Below, piece after piece: positions 12,601 to 27,600 of a DNA stretch of 64,000 nucleotides. Numbering within the stretch: position 1 is the stretch's first letter; the number at the start of each line of letters is the position of its first letter. Position numbers and translations under genes: made by a program. The DNA is taken from assembly GCF_964355755.1 (NCBI RefSeq), contig NC_092670.1, forward strand, positions 39,048,388 to 39,112,387. The letters run 5' to 3'. Below the pieces are notes generated by a model that saw only the letters and a list, made by a program, of their open reading frames with translations, did not search any database and was not told the origin of the DNA. Source of the stretch: Antedon mediterranea (taxonomy: Eukaryota; Animalia; Echinodermata).

Positions 12601-15600
12601 CTGCATCCAATACAAAATTACTACAGAATTTATGCCTAAAGCTTGGTTCCCACTAGAACGTAACGCAAGGACGTAAACGCAACGCAAGTGAATTGACCAA
12701 TCACAAGCGATGGCTTATTCGCTTGTGATTGCTAACTGTCTATAACTTCGCTTGTCATTGGTTAAAACGCTTGCGTTGCGTTTACGTCCTTGCGTTACGT
12801 TGTAGTGGGAACCACGCTTTAGAATCACTGACTGACTCACCTTCAATTGTGACAACAAAGGAACAATCGATAAAGTTGTCACTCGGATCGGTAAAAGTAT
12901 ATGTAACAGTTGTTGAAATACCGTATCCAACTGGAAACGTGTCATTCGGCAAATTAGTGGATGTTGTTACTACTGAACCAGAGTTGTCCGTTGCAGTTGG
13001 TGGCGTCCACAAAACGCGAGGCATAGAGCCATAGTGATCGGTAGTGTTGGTGATGTCATCGGGACATGGTGTATCTATAACTGGAGGTTCATCATCTGAT
13101 AGATAAAATAAATAATAAATTATTAACTTTTCTCTTGACATATATCAAATTAATTACAAGATTGTGCACAATACATTGGTGCTATTACAAATTACAGAAC
13201 CTCTATTAAATGGAAACCTTCAGGACCCAAAAAATTAGTGTAGCGTAAAATATATATTGCTCTATATTCATTCAACTGGAAAGTGTCCCTTTATTAGAGG
13301 TGTCTCCTGAATAGTGGTGTTCCAATGGAAGGGCCTACTTTATAAAGAAATAAAGTTATGTTTTAAGTCTTGAAATATTGTTTGATATTTGAAAATTAAA
13401 GGTGAAATTAACTTGTAAGAACTCAAGCTTTATAGTATTGTATTAGCTCTTACCAGTAATCTCAACCTGGAATGTGCATACATCAACATTTCCAGATTCA
13501 TCCGTTGCTGTATACGTAACATTAGTTATTCCAATGGGAAAGGAAGCTGGTGGGTCAGTACTTCCCGCCACAGTCACTGGTTGGTTAGAGTTATCTGTGT
13601 AGGTTGGTGGCGTCCATGTGATACTATTTGCCATGTCGTCCATATCATCAGTAGTGTTTGTGATGTCAGCAGGACAGTCCATTGTCACCGGTGGTTCATC
13701 ATCTGCAAAATAAATGTACATAATTTATTTAATTAATTATCATGAAGACCATCACAATATTTATATATTTATTAATGATGAAACAAAGAAAGCATTTTTG
13801 TAATATACCATTTGCATTCCAGCAAATAATTTTTTAAATTATTTCTTCTTTAAAGCTGTCTACACTATCAAACTAGTTTGACAAACAATGTGCACATAGT
13901 GATATATGGTAATGATATGACATCATCATGTCCATATATGGCCACATCACATCTTGTTGTCACATAAAGTGTAGATATAGTAGATAGTGTAGACATAGCT
14001 TTATACAGTAGCATTTAGTCACATACATTCATATACTGTAAACAAAATGGTTGTTTGTAAGAGGAAGATTAAGCCTGTTTTCCTGTCGACGTTATTCGAC
14101 GCTATCGTCGTTGATCGTTAATAGTTTAACGACGATCGTTTGAAAACGATCAAGTTGAAATGATAACGATAGCAAGTACCTTTTCCTGTAAATCGTTAAC
14201 ATTTCAATGTTAACGTAGAAGATCGCCGATTATTGTTAACGATAGCGTCGACTGAAGTCGACAGGAAAACAGGCTTTATGTGTTTAATTCTTGAACAGCC
14301 TGCATAACCTGTTTTGATTAATTTACATTTTAAATTGAAATTGTTTATGGCATGCTGATCTATGTTTATACATATATATATATTTTTATTTGTATTTTTA
14401 TTATTTTATTTTCTGTTTTTTATGTTGTATGTTTTATGTTTCAAAACTGTTAGTGGTGGTATTTATCACTGTTGGTTTTGATTGAATAAAATAAATAATC
14501 AGCATTACATTGGCATCCCTACATGAGCTGTTTATAATTCAGTCACACAAATAAATTTTAGAGTAATTCATATAACATGAAAAACAACACAAGAAACAAT
14601 TAATATAAATGTCAAATTGATTGGTAATAAAGTCAATTAAACAATCAAAACAATACAATACCTGTGATATTGATATAGAATGAGCATGTGGCCTCATTTC
14701 CAGATGGATCAGTAAATGTGTAGACGACTGTATGCTCTCCAATTTCAAAATTATCTCCAGGACTGAAATTATTTGCCTGCGTTGGCGTACCATTGTTATC
14801 AGTTGCTGTTGGTTCATTCCATGTTACTGAAGTATAATTTTGATTTGATTCCGTTGTTTCTGTTATATTATCAGGACAGTCTGCAATTACTGGATATTCT
14901 GGATCTGAAAATTTGATACAAATACTTTTTTTAGATTATGTTTCATAATTCAAATAATAAATAATTCAGATTTTAAAGTTTTCTTTATGATTTTAAGACA
15001 CAATCGTGAGAATAATGAGAATAACATACCAGTTATAGTCACAGTGAAGGTACACATTTCAACGTTGCCAGAGTTGTCAGTCACTGTTACCGTAACATTT
15101 GTGTCGCCGATTTCGAAATCAGTTCCAGATGGAGGGGAGGATGTGACATCAGCTACTCCATCATTATCACTGCTTGTTGGAGTAGACCATGTAACAGAGA
15201 CTGTGTTATCACCAGTAGCTGTGTCCATTGATGCAATTGTAGGACATGTCACATTTGGATTCTGTTGATCTTAAAATGTGAAGAAAGCGAGTTAGTTATC
15301 ATTAAGAAAATAATAATGTATTTGAGTTTACCCCTATACTTAAAAATCCCTACCCTTAACACCCCCAACTTGCCCACCACAAATGTTACCTTGATTTTCA
15401 CTATCATACTTGACATTGAGTTTTGAATTTCCTAGGCCTACTACTATATGTAAATTTAGTCTAAAGTTGTATAGACGTCACTCGTCAGATCAGTCTCAAC
15501 AAAATTATGGCAGAATGCCTGAGCTAATAATAGGTAAAAAATATAGCTTTTTCTAGCTGCAAACTTCATTTTGAATGTTATTTTGCCCTATACACCACTT

Positions 15601-18600
15601 CCCCATTTTAAAATAAAATAAATGGATTTGAAATTCATTATCATAGATGGAAAAAAACAACAAAATGACATAATATATAGTGCATTTGGGTTTTTGAAAC
15701 AACTTACCTGTAATGTTGACAAGAAAATAACATACAGCTGTGTTTCCAGAAATATCAGTAGCCAAATATGTGACATTGGTAACCCCAATGGCAAACATGA
15801 ACGGAGAGGTGTGAGATTCGTTAACATCTGGTACACCATTATTGTCAGTTGCTGTAGGAGCAGTCCAGCTTTGCTCGGAAGTGTTCTCATCAAAATCAGT
15901 AGTGTTGTCAATATCGGTAGGGCAATTTTGGAACTCTGGTGGTTCATCATCTAAAACAATAATGGCATTTCTTATAAACCGGGCAATTAACACCTATTTT
16001 AGTGGAGCAGTAGCTTGGTGGTTAATGTGCTTGCCTACCAATCCCAATGCCCAGGGTTCAATCCTAACCAAGTGTCAGGGTTGCAATTTTTTCTAATCCA
16101 ATCTCTTAAACATTTATTCAATGAAAGTAATATCAATCTATCAGTACCTGAAATTGTTACAGTAAATATGCATTGGGCGAGATTTCCAGATCCATCAGTA
16201 AAGTTATATTCCACTGTCGTCATCCCAAATTCAAAGACATCATTTGATGAATGAGATGACATCATCATTGGTTCTTCATATGAATTGTCAGTGGCTGTCG
16301 GTTCTGTCCAGTTGACGTTACTGGTATTTGTTCCCATATCTGCCATTTGTGTCATGTCAGCTGAACAGTTCATAATACTTGGAACTTCATCATCTATATT
16401 AAACATATACTTATCATTAGCAGTAATAACAAAATGGGGATTGTAAAGTTAATGTGTAACAGCTTGTTAACCAACCACTCCTCATCTTATGGTCTATTGT
16501 GCATGATTTACAGTTAATATAATTGCAATACTTCTGGTTTTAAAGGGGAGTTTGCCTACCTATAACCAATACATCAAAAGTACAGGTTGCTTCATTGCCA
16601 GCTCCATCTGTAGCTGTGGCTGTCACTGTAACAGTTCCAATGTAAAATTCATCATTTGGATTGTGTGAACTAGCAATTGTGGGTGTAGCTAATGAGTTGT
16701 CTGTTGCTACTAGCATGTCCCATGTTATAGTTGTGTAATTAACCATGGCATCAGTAGTTCCGTTTAATTCACCTGGACAATTTGTAAACTCTGGAGGTTC
16801 AAGATCTACAAAAAAAAATATGCATAAGAAGTAGTGTTAAGTTATCTATGCTTCAATTAAATGCAAATATATAAAAAAGTTTATGATTGTGGACGTAACA
16901 ATAAAATTGGCACAACATTGACATACTTGGTTTATGGTTCTGGACACATCTCCTCAGATAAGTACCTTTATTCCCATAATCCTGTTGTATTTGTCTCATC
17001 ATCGGCATGGATTTGAGAACATTTTATTTAAAATATCATTATATCATGTAATAGAAATATTTGATTAACATTAAAAAACTGATTTGTGTTTAAAACATTT
17101 AGCTTTACCTTCAATTGTGACAAAAAATGTGCAGTTAGCCTCATTCCCAGCCGCATCCGACGCAGTAAAAGTGACAGCTGTGTCACCAAAATTGAACATT
17201 GAACCCGAAGGAATGTCAAAACTTTGAGAAGTTACATTAACGTTGTCAGTTACAGTTGCTGTGTAGTTTACTATAGCTGTTGCGGCACCCTCAGTTGAGT
17301 TGGCGGTTACATTACTTGGGCAAGTAACAACAGGATCCTCAGTATCTTGAATAAAATAAATTTATTTTGCATAAAATTAAAGATGCATTATTCCCAATCA
17401 GTGATGAATAAAGGCTATTGATTTGACCCCTTTTGAATCTGCCGATGAACGTAAACATAAAACAATTGTAGGAAATGTAGAGAATCCTATTCAATGAATC
17501 AATGAATAGAATTGTACATAATGAAATAAAGGTTTTATGAAGGTTATTCAAAAGCTTATATGCAAATGATATTCAAATGATATGCAAATCTCTATATAAT
17601 GAATGAATTAAAGCCATAACCAATAATGGTTAGCAGTTTCTTATCACAAAGTGAATGTACACAAAGATATCAATTCAAAAGTTTGAAAAATGTTTCCTTA
17701 CCAATAATTGTTATAAAAAATGTACAATATCCAGTGTTCATTGCTGCATCTGTAGCGTAATACTCCACCTCTGTAGTTCCGAGTTGAAATGTATATGTAT
17801 TAGGAAAAATATTATTATAAATAGGAATTGTCCCAGGTACGTTATCATTGAATGCTGGTGGCGTCCATGCGACATTAACCTTTGTACTCACTCCCATATC
17901 CGTACTGTAGGTGCTATTACCTGGACAGCTAGTAGGTATTGGAGCTTCAATATCTATAAATAAGTAAGTACTGTACATTGGCATATATTTGGAATGGTTT
18001 TCAGTATTTAATAAGGATTAATAATATAATAATGTTTCTATTTCTTGTTACAGATATACAGTATATAAATGAATAAATATGTATTGAATTTACAAGATTG
18101 ATTTTGTAGATGTTTTTTGCTTGCTATTAAAACTTTGATAACTAATTCATTTGTATTGTTAGTAATGCCTTGTCTTTTAAAAATCATACAAATTGCAATC
18201 CTCAATACATTCAGGGGTGCTGTAGGTGTGCTGTTTGTATTTTGGTGTGTAGAAGTTTACCAAATTAAGGCACATTGTAAATCGCACTCCTCAAGGGCAG
18301 TTTAGGAGTGTGTTAGGTGAGTGATTGCACTCACTCGCCTTAAAAGACAAGGCCTGGTTAGTTATACATTTTACACTGTAAATGGTGTCAGGGTCCTTAT
18401 ACTATACTTACCAATAATTGTAACTATGAATTCACATGAGGCTAAATTTCCTGAAGGGTCTGTGAAATTATATGTAACTGTAGTGTTATCCAGATCAAAT
18501 GTTGAGCCATTTGTGTGTGACTGAGAGACAGAAACAGTTCCCGAGTTATCCGTTGCTGTTGGTTCTGTCCAGTAGGTTACTCGATCTGGTTCGCCCTCGT

Positions 18601-21600
18601 CTGTTGGCAATGTGAAATCTTCAGGACAATCACTCACAATCGGGGCCTCAGTATCTATTAATTAAGTTTAAATCAACATCAAACAATTAATTTAATTTCA
18701 GTTGTCAACTTTACCACACATTTTTAAGTTACAAAAGTTACGAAGTTCATTTTCTTTTACAGAGAACTAAGCCAAAATTAAGCTTTACAAGTTGTTATAA
18801 AGGCATTCGTACAGGTACTGTAGAGATCTCATGAAATAGACTGTTGGCTTTGACGCAAAACTCAAGCAAGTTTCAAGTCCATAATCAGGCCTATTTACCA
18901 TTACTTCCATTGCCGGTCTGAAAGAAATTCAGGCAAAATAACACATACAGTATATTGGTCTATTGACATACCTTCAACGGTTATGTTAAATGTACAGTTT
19001 TCCATGTTACCACTTGGATCAGTTGCTTGATAAGAGACAACTGTGGTACCAATTGAAAAGGTGCTTCCATTCATATAATCTACAGCTAGATCAACATTGC
19101 CATTACTGTTATCACTGGTAGCTGGTGAACTCCATGTAACAGACGTGTCTAGTTGTCCTGCATCAGCACCAACAGTTAAATCCGCTGGACAGTTTATAAC
19201 TGGTTTTTCAATATCTTAATATTTAAAAAAAAACATTTTTCACTGTGAGTTTATTGCAATTATTTGTTTATTATTATTATATAGAACAGTTTTTCAATTA
19301 AGCAAAAAAGTCAATATTTTCAGCCCATTGGGAGGTTCAATAAGTTATATAGAAATAATACTAAGAAAAAGAATACATACCTGTAATGTTGACAATGAAC
19401 ATGCATTCATTCATATTCATATTTGCATCAGTAAATGTAAAAGTAACAGTTTCAACTCCAATACCAAATCCATCACCTGACATTGCTGTTTGAACTGTTG
19501 TAAAGAAACCACTGTTGTCTTCAGCAACAGGTGGCAACCATGTGATGTTTGCATAGGGTAGACCAGGTTCAGTGTTATTGTGTATATCGTCTGGGCAGAA
19601 ATCTACTTCTGGGTCTTCAAAATCTGAAAATGATTATTATGATACATTATATTTCACAAATTAAATTAGTTCAACCATATTTTTATACATACATCAACTA
19701 TAAGAACAATTTTGTGACCTGTACCTACCATTAATAGTTATATTGAAGGAGCAAGAGTCTTCATTTGAGTATATATCTTCAAATGAATAAGTTACTTCAT
19801 GTACTCCAATTTCGAAAACGGTTGGAATGGTATGACTTTCTGTTACAGTAACCATTTCGTAGGAATTATCCATAAATGTTGGATACTGCCACGTAACATT
19901 TGTAGAGTTTGCATTCATAGATGTGTTGACATTAAAACTTGCTGGACAATTGAATGTTGGTGGCTCATCATCTGCAATATTAAAGAATAGTACATTCAAC
20001 GGTTGCTTTTGATTTCTGACAAAAACATGACGGGAAGCCACAGGACGGTTCTCATGACTAATTTGTGCATGAGCTTTAATAAAGTGGACGGAGCTTAGCA
20101 TGAAATTCAGTCGTCTTAATTTTTTGAGGACGATAAAGCTGCCATTTTTGGTGTTTAATTGGTGTTTAATTGATGTTTAATAAATGTTTAATTGTGGGAT
20201 GTGTACTGAAAAAAAATCTATTTTGTACGAGCTAACCTGTTACGTTTACTGTAAAATTACAAGTTGCAGTATTTTCATATATATCTTCAGCTGTGTATGT
20301 CACCAAAGTTTCACCAATGTAGAAATCACTACCACTACTGTGTGTTGAGACAAGGCTTCCTAAGGCTGTATTGTCATCTGCTGTGGGTTCTGTCCAGGTG
20401 GCAGCAGTGTAGTTCACACCAGAAGACGTTGTCAGATTCTGATCAGGAGGACAGCCACTAATCACAGGAGGTTCCTTGTCTGTAAAATTATTTTGAAACT
20501 GTTAGTGGCGATATAACATAAATCTATTAAATATACATAATATTTAATTGTTCAGTACTATTGAGCAACATGAACTGAATACAAATTTTGTGAATTTTTA
20601 TTATCATTTTTTTTCTTTAATATACTGTGCACATTTGTATTTATGAAACATGTACAACCTGGCAAGATGGACAGGTATCTGTTGTGCCACATCCATATTT
20701 ACCACTGCTATTATCTACCTAACCTTTTTTTTCCTATCACCTTATGTAAATTTGGAAAAAAAAACCCCTTTATTATAAAACCCAAAATCAGGATTCACCC
20801 CAGCTCCTGAATTTTTTTCCTTTAATTGACAATTTACATCTTTTTTTTTTGGTATTATTATTTTTGTTGTTTTTTGCCACTTTGTTAAAACCTAGTAGTA
20901 ATGACATTTACCTTCAATTATGATATAGAATGTACAAGAAGCTGTGTTCCCTGCAGTATCTTCAGCTGTGTAGGTTTGCTCATATGGCACACTACCTGTA
21001 ATAGCAATACTTATAGGAGGAGTACCGGCAGGACTTGCTACTGGACTTGTAGGCAGAAGTTCTACATTGTCAGTGGGTACAGGTACTATCCAATCTGGAG
21101 AACCTGACCCTAACCCAGGTGCTGTTTCTGCTGTTATATTATCAGGACATGTAATATTAGGATTTTCCTGATCTGAAAGAGAATTAAACTAATGATTAAA
21201 CTAATGTATATACAGTAATGGCCATAAAAAAGCAATAAATACATAAATCAAAGATTTATAATTCTCTTTTTATTGTTATTTTAATATAGAGTAATTGTCT
21301 CTTGAAATTAAATGCCATAAATATCATGTTAAAAAGACACTTTAAAACATTTTTCTACTGCAGTTACTGCAGTGACTAAATTGTTAAAAATTTGTTTCAA
21401 TGTAGTTTATGAGTTATATGCAATAAACAGTGCATATAATATTTAAAAAAAGCTTTCTAAATAATTGCATAAATATGTTTACGAGGAAACAAAATTTAGT
21501 TAGTAGAATCATATTGACATGATCTTTAAAATTGACACACCTTCAACTGTAATGACAAATTCACAGGTTGCATTGTTATCGGAATCATCATAAGCGACGT

Positions 21601-24600
21601 ACACAACAGTGAATTCAGAAATATTGTAAATCTTATTTGGATAATAATTCTGTACAGTTCTGTTTACACCATTGTTGTCCATGGCAACAGGTTCAACCCA
21701 AGACACAACCGCTGTTGCTAATCCGGGATCTGTTCCAACAGTAAACGATTCAGTACAGTTTTCAAAATAAGGCGATTCCAAATCTAATAAAAGAAAAAAA
21801 CATGAAAATCAAACATAGGAACTCAAATGATAAGGGCAGTGGTGCTAACTAGCATCAGGGCCTGGCTAACTAGCATCAGGGCCTGGCTAACTAGCACCAG
21901 GGCCTGGCTAACTAGCATCAGGGCCTGGCTAACTGGCATTAGGGCCTGGCTAACTGGCATCAGGGCCTGGCTAACTGGCATCAGGGCCTGGCTAACTGGC
22001 ATCAGGGCCTGGCTAACTGGCATCAGGGACTGGCTAACTGGCATCAGGGACTGGCTAACTGGCATCAGGGACTGGCTAACTGGCATCAGGGACTGGCTAA
22101 CTGGCATCAGGGCCTGGCTAACTGGCATCAGGGACTGGCTAACTGGCATCAGGGACTGGCTAACTAGCATCAGGGCCTGGCTAACTAGCATCAGGGCCTG
22201 GCTAACTGGCATCAGGGACTGGGTAACTGGCATCAGGGACTGGGTAACTAGCATCAGGGCCTGGCTAACTAGCATCAGGGACTGGGTAACTGGCATCAGG
22301 GACTGGGTAACTAGCATCAGGGACTGGGTAACTAGTAACTGGTATCTGGGTTGTCTAACAGAGGAGTAACTAGCACAGACTAATTAGATTGTATTTTCCA
22401 ATATTTACCTCTAACAGTTACTGTAAATGTACACGTAGCCTCATTGCCATAAAAATCAATTGCTGTATATGTTATAACAAATGTTCCAATATCAAACTCG
22501 TCACCACTCATCTTTGGAGAAGACGAAAGTGATACGGCCAAGCCAGAATTGTCAGATACTTCAGCTTCCGTCCAGTTGACAAAAGCGGTTGAACTTTCAT
22601 TTCCAAGCATAATAAGTGTATCATTTGGACAGGTAAGATCCGGCATAACATCATCTATAACAGAAAGAAAAAACTATGTAATGCTATACTGCATATAATA
22701 CACTGATGTTACACAAATGTAAACAGTAAAATAACCTTTATAAATGAAAAATATATAGTATAAAATGGTATTTGTTCAAGTTTGGAGAGTGGTGTTTGAA
22801 TGTAAATCACTTCAAGAAATGTTTATGGGCGCGCTTGTTAAACCGTGGTTCGATGCCATGTTACCGAAGCAATGTAAGAAATGGAATTTCCAATAATTGT
22901 GTTTTCCCCTGCGTGAAACCAAACCAGCTTAGCTGTGCTTCAATTTAGTTGCCATAGACTTTGATCTGGTTCATCATGCATACTGTTGCATCATCGATTC
23001 TCACTTATGATTACCTATATAATACAGCAGTTATGTTCCATTCTAGTGGGAACCATACATACAGTAACACAGTTAATAATGTATAAATTAATTACCTATA
23101 ATTTCAATGTTAAAAGAACATGTAGTGTTCACATTGCCCGAACCATCTGTAGCATTAACATAAACGGTGTGATTTCCAATAGACAATGTTGCGCCTTGCT
23201 GTATACTGGTGGTGATGTTAGGGTCTACACCAGAGTTATCTGTAGCTGTAGTAGTTGGTGTCCACATTACAGATGTAGAATCAGCTGTGGTGTCTGTGTA
23301 GTCCACAAAATCGCTAGGACACAACGTAATTATTGGTGCTTCATTATCTGGAACACGACAAAATAAATTACAATTATTAAAATAAATGTTTTCAGTAAAT
23401 ACTTCACTTATCTAGAAATCTTTCTGATATTTTTGCTTGAACCTCACAGTTAAAGCTCTGTTGAGCTCTGTCTACACCATCAACCTAGTTTAATAAAAAA
23501 AATCTGATGTGCTTAAATATTTTTTCCTGATAGGTTTCGAAACGTATTGTAAGTTCGCTTATACTATTTTTGGTTGTTCAAAAAGAAAATTTTATGTAGT
23601 GCTTAAATATGTTAATAATATGCCCAAATATGGTAGTGATATGTCCATACAGTATGGGCACATCACATTTTTTGTTTGATAGTTTAGACAGTGCTTAAAA
23701 TTTATTCTTTGTACTGTTGTTAAAATTTGTCCTTAAAATTGGTATCTTTACATAAATTGAAAAAAACTGAAGAAAATACATTTAAAATACTTAAATACAT
23801 TTACAATACATATCAATTTTGAATCATAGATAAAAATTGTATACCTTCAACAGTAATGGTAAAAGTACATGTTGTATTAACATTATCATATGGATCAGTG
23901 GCTGTGTACTGTACTACTGTTTCACCAGCTGGGAATTCAAACATGGTTTGGTTGTGAGAGCCAACGATGTCTGGTATAGCTCCCGAGTTGTCTGTAGCTG
24001 TTGGTTCCATCCAGGTTGCCATGCCTGTAGGTTCTCCCTCTGTTGTGTTAACTGACTGATCATCAGGACACATTGTAAACACTGGGGCTTCTTCATCTGC
24101 AATTAAAAACAAAAATCAACATCTTCAGTCCAATAATAAACAGACATGAATGGTCATTACTGCAGTAAAGTTCAGTTTTAATGCAGTACAGTGCCGGTAC
24201 TAGTATAATAGGTGTTTTAAATGCAGGTTCAAAGATACACTTCACTTATGTAAACCTAATGTTTCAAAACCAGCCACTGTTTTCTATATGGCAACATTTT
24301 CTCTTTCATCTACTCGTCTTTGGAGACTAGATAGCATGGATAGCTAGGCCATGCTTGCACCAGAGCATGCTAGCTGTAGTATAGTAGGGATAGGGCCTAA
24401 AAACTAACCTGTGTGATGTGTAGGCTAGGCTAGATAGAGGCTAGCTCTAGGGCCCTAACTTACGGAAAAGTATATAGGCTAACCTATAGTTACGTACTAC
24501 TACGCATACACCATACCTTAGTTCCTGTTCTAATGTAAATACTAATTATAAATGAAAGTTTCGTGTATGACTTAAAATACAACGTTTTTAAATGTTGTGT

Positions 24601-27600
24601 TTATTTTGTAAACATGCTTGACGCGTGTGCGGAATAATTTGTAAAAACTTACAGCGCCCTCATTGGAAAATTGTATTACTCGCTTGCACACGATTTTTCC
24701 TCGCGCCTTGCTGTATTTTGAGTTATATCGGACCATCAACATTACTTTTACTTAAATGATCTCTTTGCGAAACTGTACTACATACCTGTGACATATATGT
24801 TAAATAAACAAATTCCTGTATTCATTGATAAGTCAGTTGCATTTATAGTTATCATTGTTGCGCCTATACTAAATTCAGTTGAAGCATTACTGGTCTGTGA
24901 TTCACTGATACTAAGATCCATAGTAGAATCAACGTTATCCGTGAACGTTGGTGAACTCCACGTCACACCAGTGGCAACATTGTCGCCGCTATCTGTAGTT
25001 ACGTTCAGATCCATTGGACAATCATCTGTCATGGGCATCTCATCATCTGTTGATTTTAAACAATTTCGAAATATTACGGTTATAGGACTATTTAATAATA
25101 TTGTGTTAGACAATATTTCTCTTTTTAGTGACCCTACTAGCCCCTACTAGGCCTACTGGTTGGGCCAAAAATATTTAGATTTCCAGAAAACCAAATTACG
25201 GTATACATTTGCAATTGGCAGTTCAATGTAACTTTAGGAAAGGTTAGGATCTTCTCCAGTGTATCAGGGAGAATGAATTTAATTTTTTTTAAAATTTCTG
25301 TTTTCTGTTGAATGTCTTTGTTTTGAGGGGTTTTATTGAGGATATTATGTTAATTTCTTGTATATTAGATATAAAAAAACATAATATTTAAACCTGAAAT
25401 TGATTACCTGTTATAGTAATGACAAAAACACATGTATAATTCACGTTCCCGGCAGCATCCGATGCATTTATCTGCACCACAGTGTCACCAAATTCAAAGG
25501 TATCGCCTGAGTCGTGACTGCGCATATACATTGGGGTTTCGTTGGAATTATCCGTAGCCTCTGCACTCATCCATTCCATAGTTGTTGAGTTTACTCCTGG
25601 ATCTGTCGTAGAAGTGTTGTCCGACGGACAAAATGTAAACACGGGAGCTTCATCATCTAAACAACAACGATTAACGAAAATTGATAACTTGAAATATATA
25701 AGGAAGTATGCTTGATTATAGTGACGTCATGTAGCAATTATTATAACGCCATCTCCCAAAGCAACGCAAACTATATAATGTGAATTATGATTTAATGTCT
25801 TGAATGACGAAATGAATCTATAAATTTACCAGTGACATTAACAAAGAACTGGCATGTTGTATTAACGTTTTCCGCAATGTCAGTTGCATTATATTTGACA
25901 AGAGTAGATCCAATTGGGAATGTGTCACCACCATCAAAGTTTGATAGAATTGTCGGAGGGTCACCAGAGTTATCGGTTGCTTCTACAGTTGTCCAGTTGA
26001 CGACTGCTGATGGAAGATCTGGATCGGTTCCTATCATTATATCCGACGGACATTCCGTGAATACTGGCGGTTCAGTATCTACAAAAAGAAACGTATGTAA
26101 ATATTGGTTTACAGTTGTCTTAATATGGATCTCCAGTGCCCTCTTATGTGTTGCATAGTTGAATAGTTCCTATTGAGCCATTCAATGCTGAGAAGAACTA
26201 TACTGTAGCAACACTGCTTCGACAGAGTAATTACTGCAGCAACCACAGACTATATAATGCAAATACTACAATCGAAATGGTATTACAGCAAATATGATAT
26301 ACTGCCAAAGTGCTTGATGGAATACATTAATTCAACTGAATTGCTGTGACCAAAGAAGTATTACCTATGCAACTATAACAGTAGTATTAGAGCAAAAAGA
26401 GACAGTTTTCTGCAAAAAAGTTTTTCAAACAAAATGTCTCACCTTCGATAGTAACTGAAAATTCGCATGTAGTGTTAACATTGCCAGCAGGATCAGTAGC
26501 ATTGAACATAACATCAGTTGTGCCAATTGGAAAAGTATCTCCAGATTCATGAGAACCATCTATCATAACAGTCAGCAGAGAATTATCAACAGCAGTTACA
26601 TTTGGCCAGGTGACTACAGCAGTTGAGAGATCAGGATCGGTTTCATTCGTAATATCACTCGGGCAACTTGTAAACTCTGGAGGCTCCATATCTGTAACAA
26701 ACATAATATACCATTATTTCAAAGTAATTCTTTTCACTGTATAGAAGATTTTTTCATACGCTTCATAGTACTGTGCAAAGTAGGTAACTTGTAAGTTACA
26801 TGGACATATTTATGGCTGTTGAAATTCGTAGTAGATTTTATTTATTAGTTGCTTCCAAAATTTACATATATTTTCTATTTTATTTACCCATGATTGTAAT
26901 ATTGAAAGAACATGTTTCATTAACATTGCCGGCTGCATCTGTTGCATTGTATTCAACTGTAGTAACACCAATTTGAAATGCAAAACCACTGTCATAGTTT
27001 GATAAAATGGTTGGTTGCTCATTTGAGTTGTCTGTAGCTGTCACGTTATTCCATGTTTCAACCGATGTTGAAGATCCGGGATCGGTCTCAGATGTGATGT
27101 CATCTGGACATGAGGTAAATACCGGGGCTTCGTTATCTAATAATAAATAAATTAATAATATAATCAATATCTCATACGGTACAGATATTATTCATGAAAT
27201 AACAATATCTAAGAAAACGTTGATTTTTATATTACCTGTTATGTTAACTATGAATGAGCAGGAATCGTTAGTGTTGCCGTACATATCTGTAGCATTGTAC
27301 ATGACAAGAGTTGAGCCAATCGGAAAGCTTGTACCATTTTCGTAATTACTGTCTATTGTAGGTTCGACACCAGAATTGTCTATAGCTTCGACGGCACCCC
27401 ACGTGATTACTGCGTCTGCAGAGCCGGGGTCAGTGGTATCCGTGATATCACCTGGACAGTCCGTAAAATCTGGTTCTTCATCATCTTCATTAATAATAAA
27501 AAATATTACTACATTGTTTTAACATTTTAAACCGACCGATAACTGGGAATGACATTTATTATACATAAATGAGGTAGTTTGGGCGCGTCTATATTAGTGA

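Noticed and set aside
11950-12630. Possible CRISPR-like array or repeat protein
   Set aside because: Head-to-tail units without unique spacers, intronic, in a eukaryotic context.
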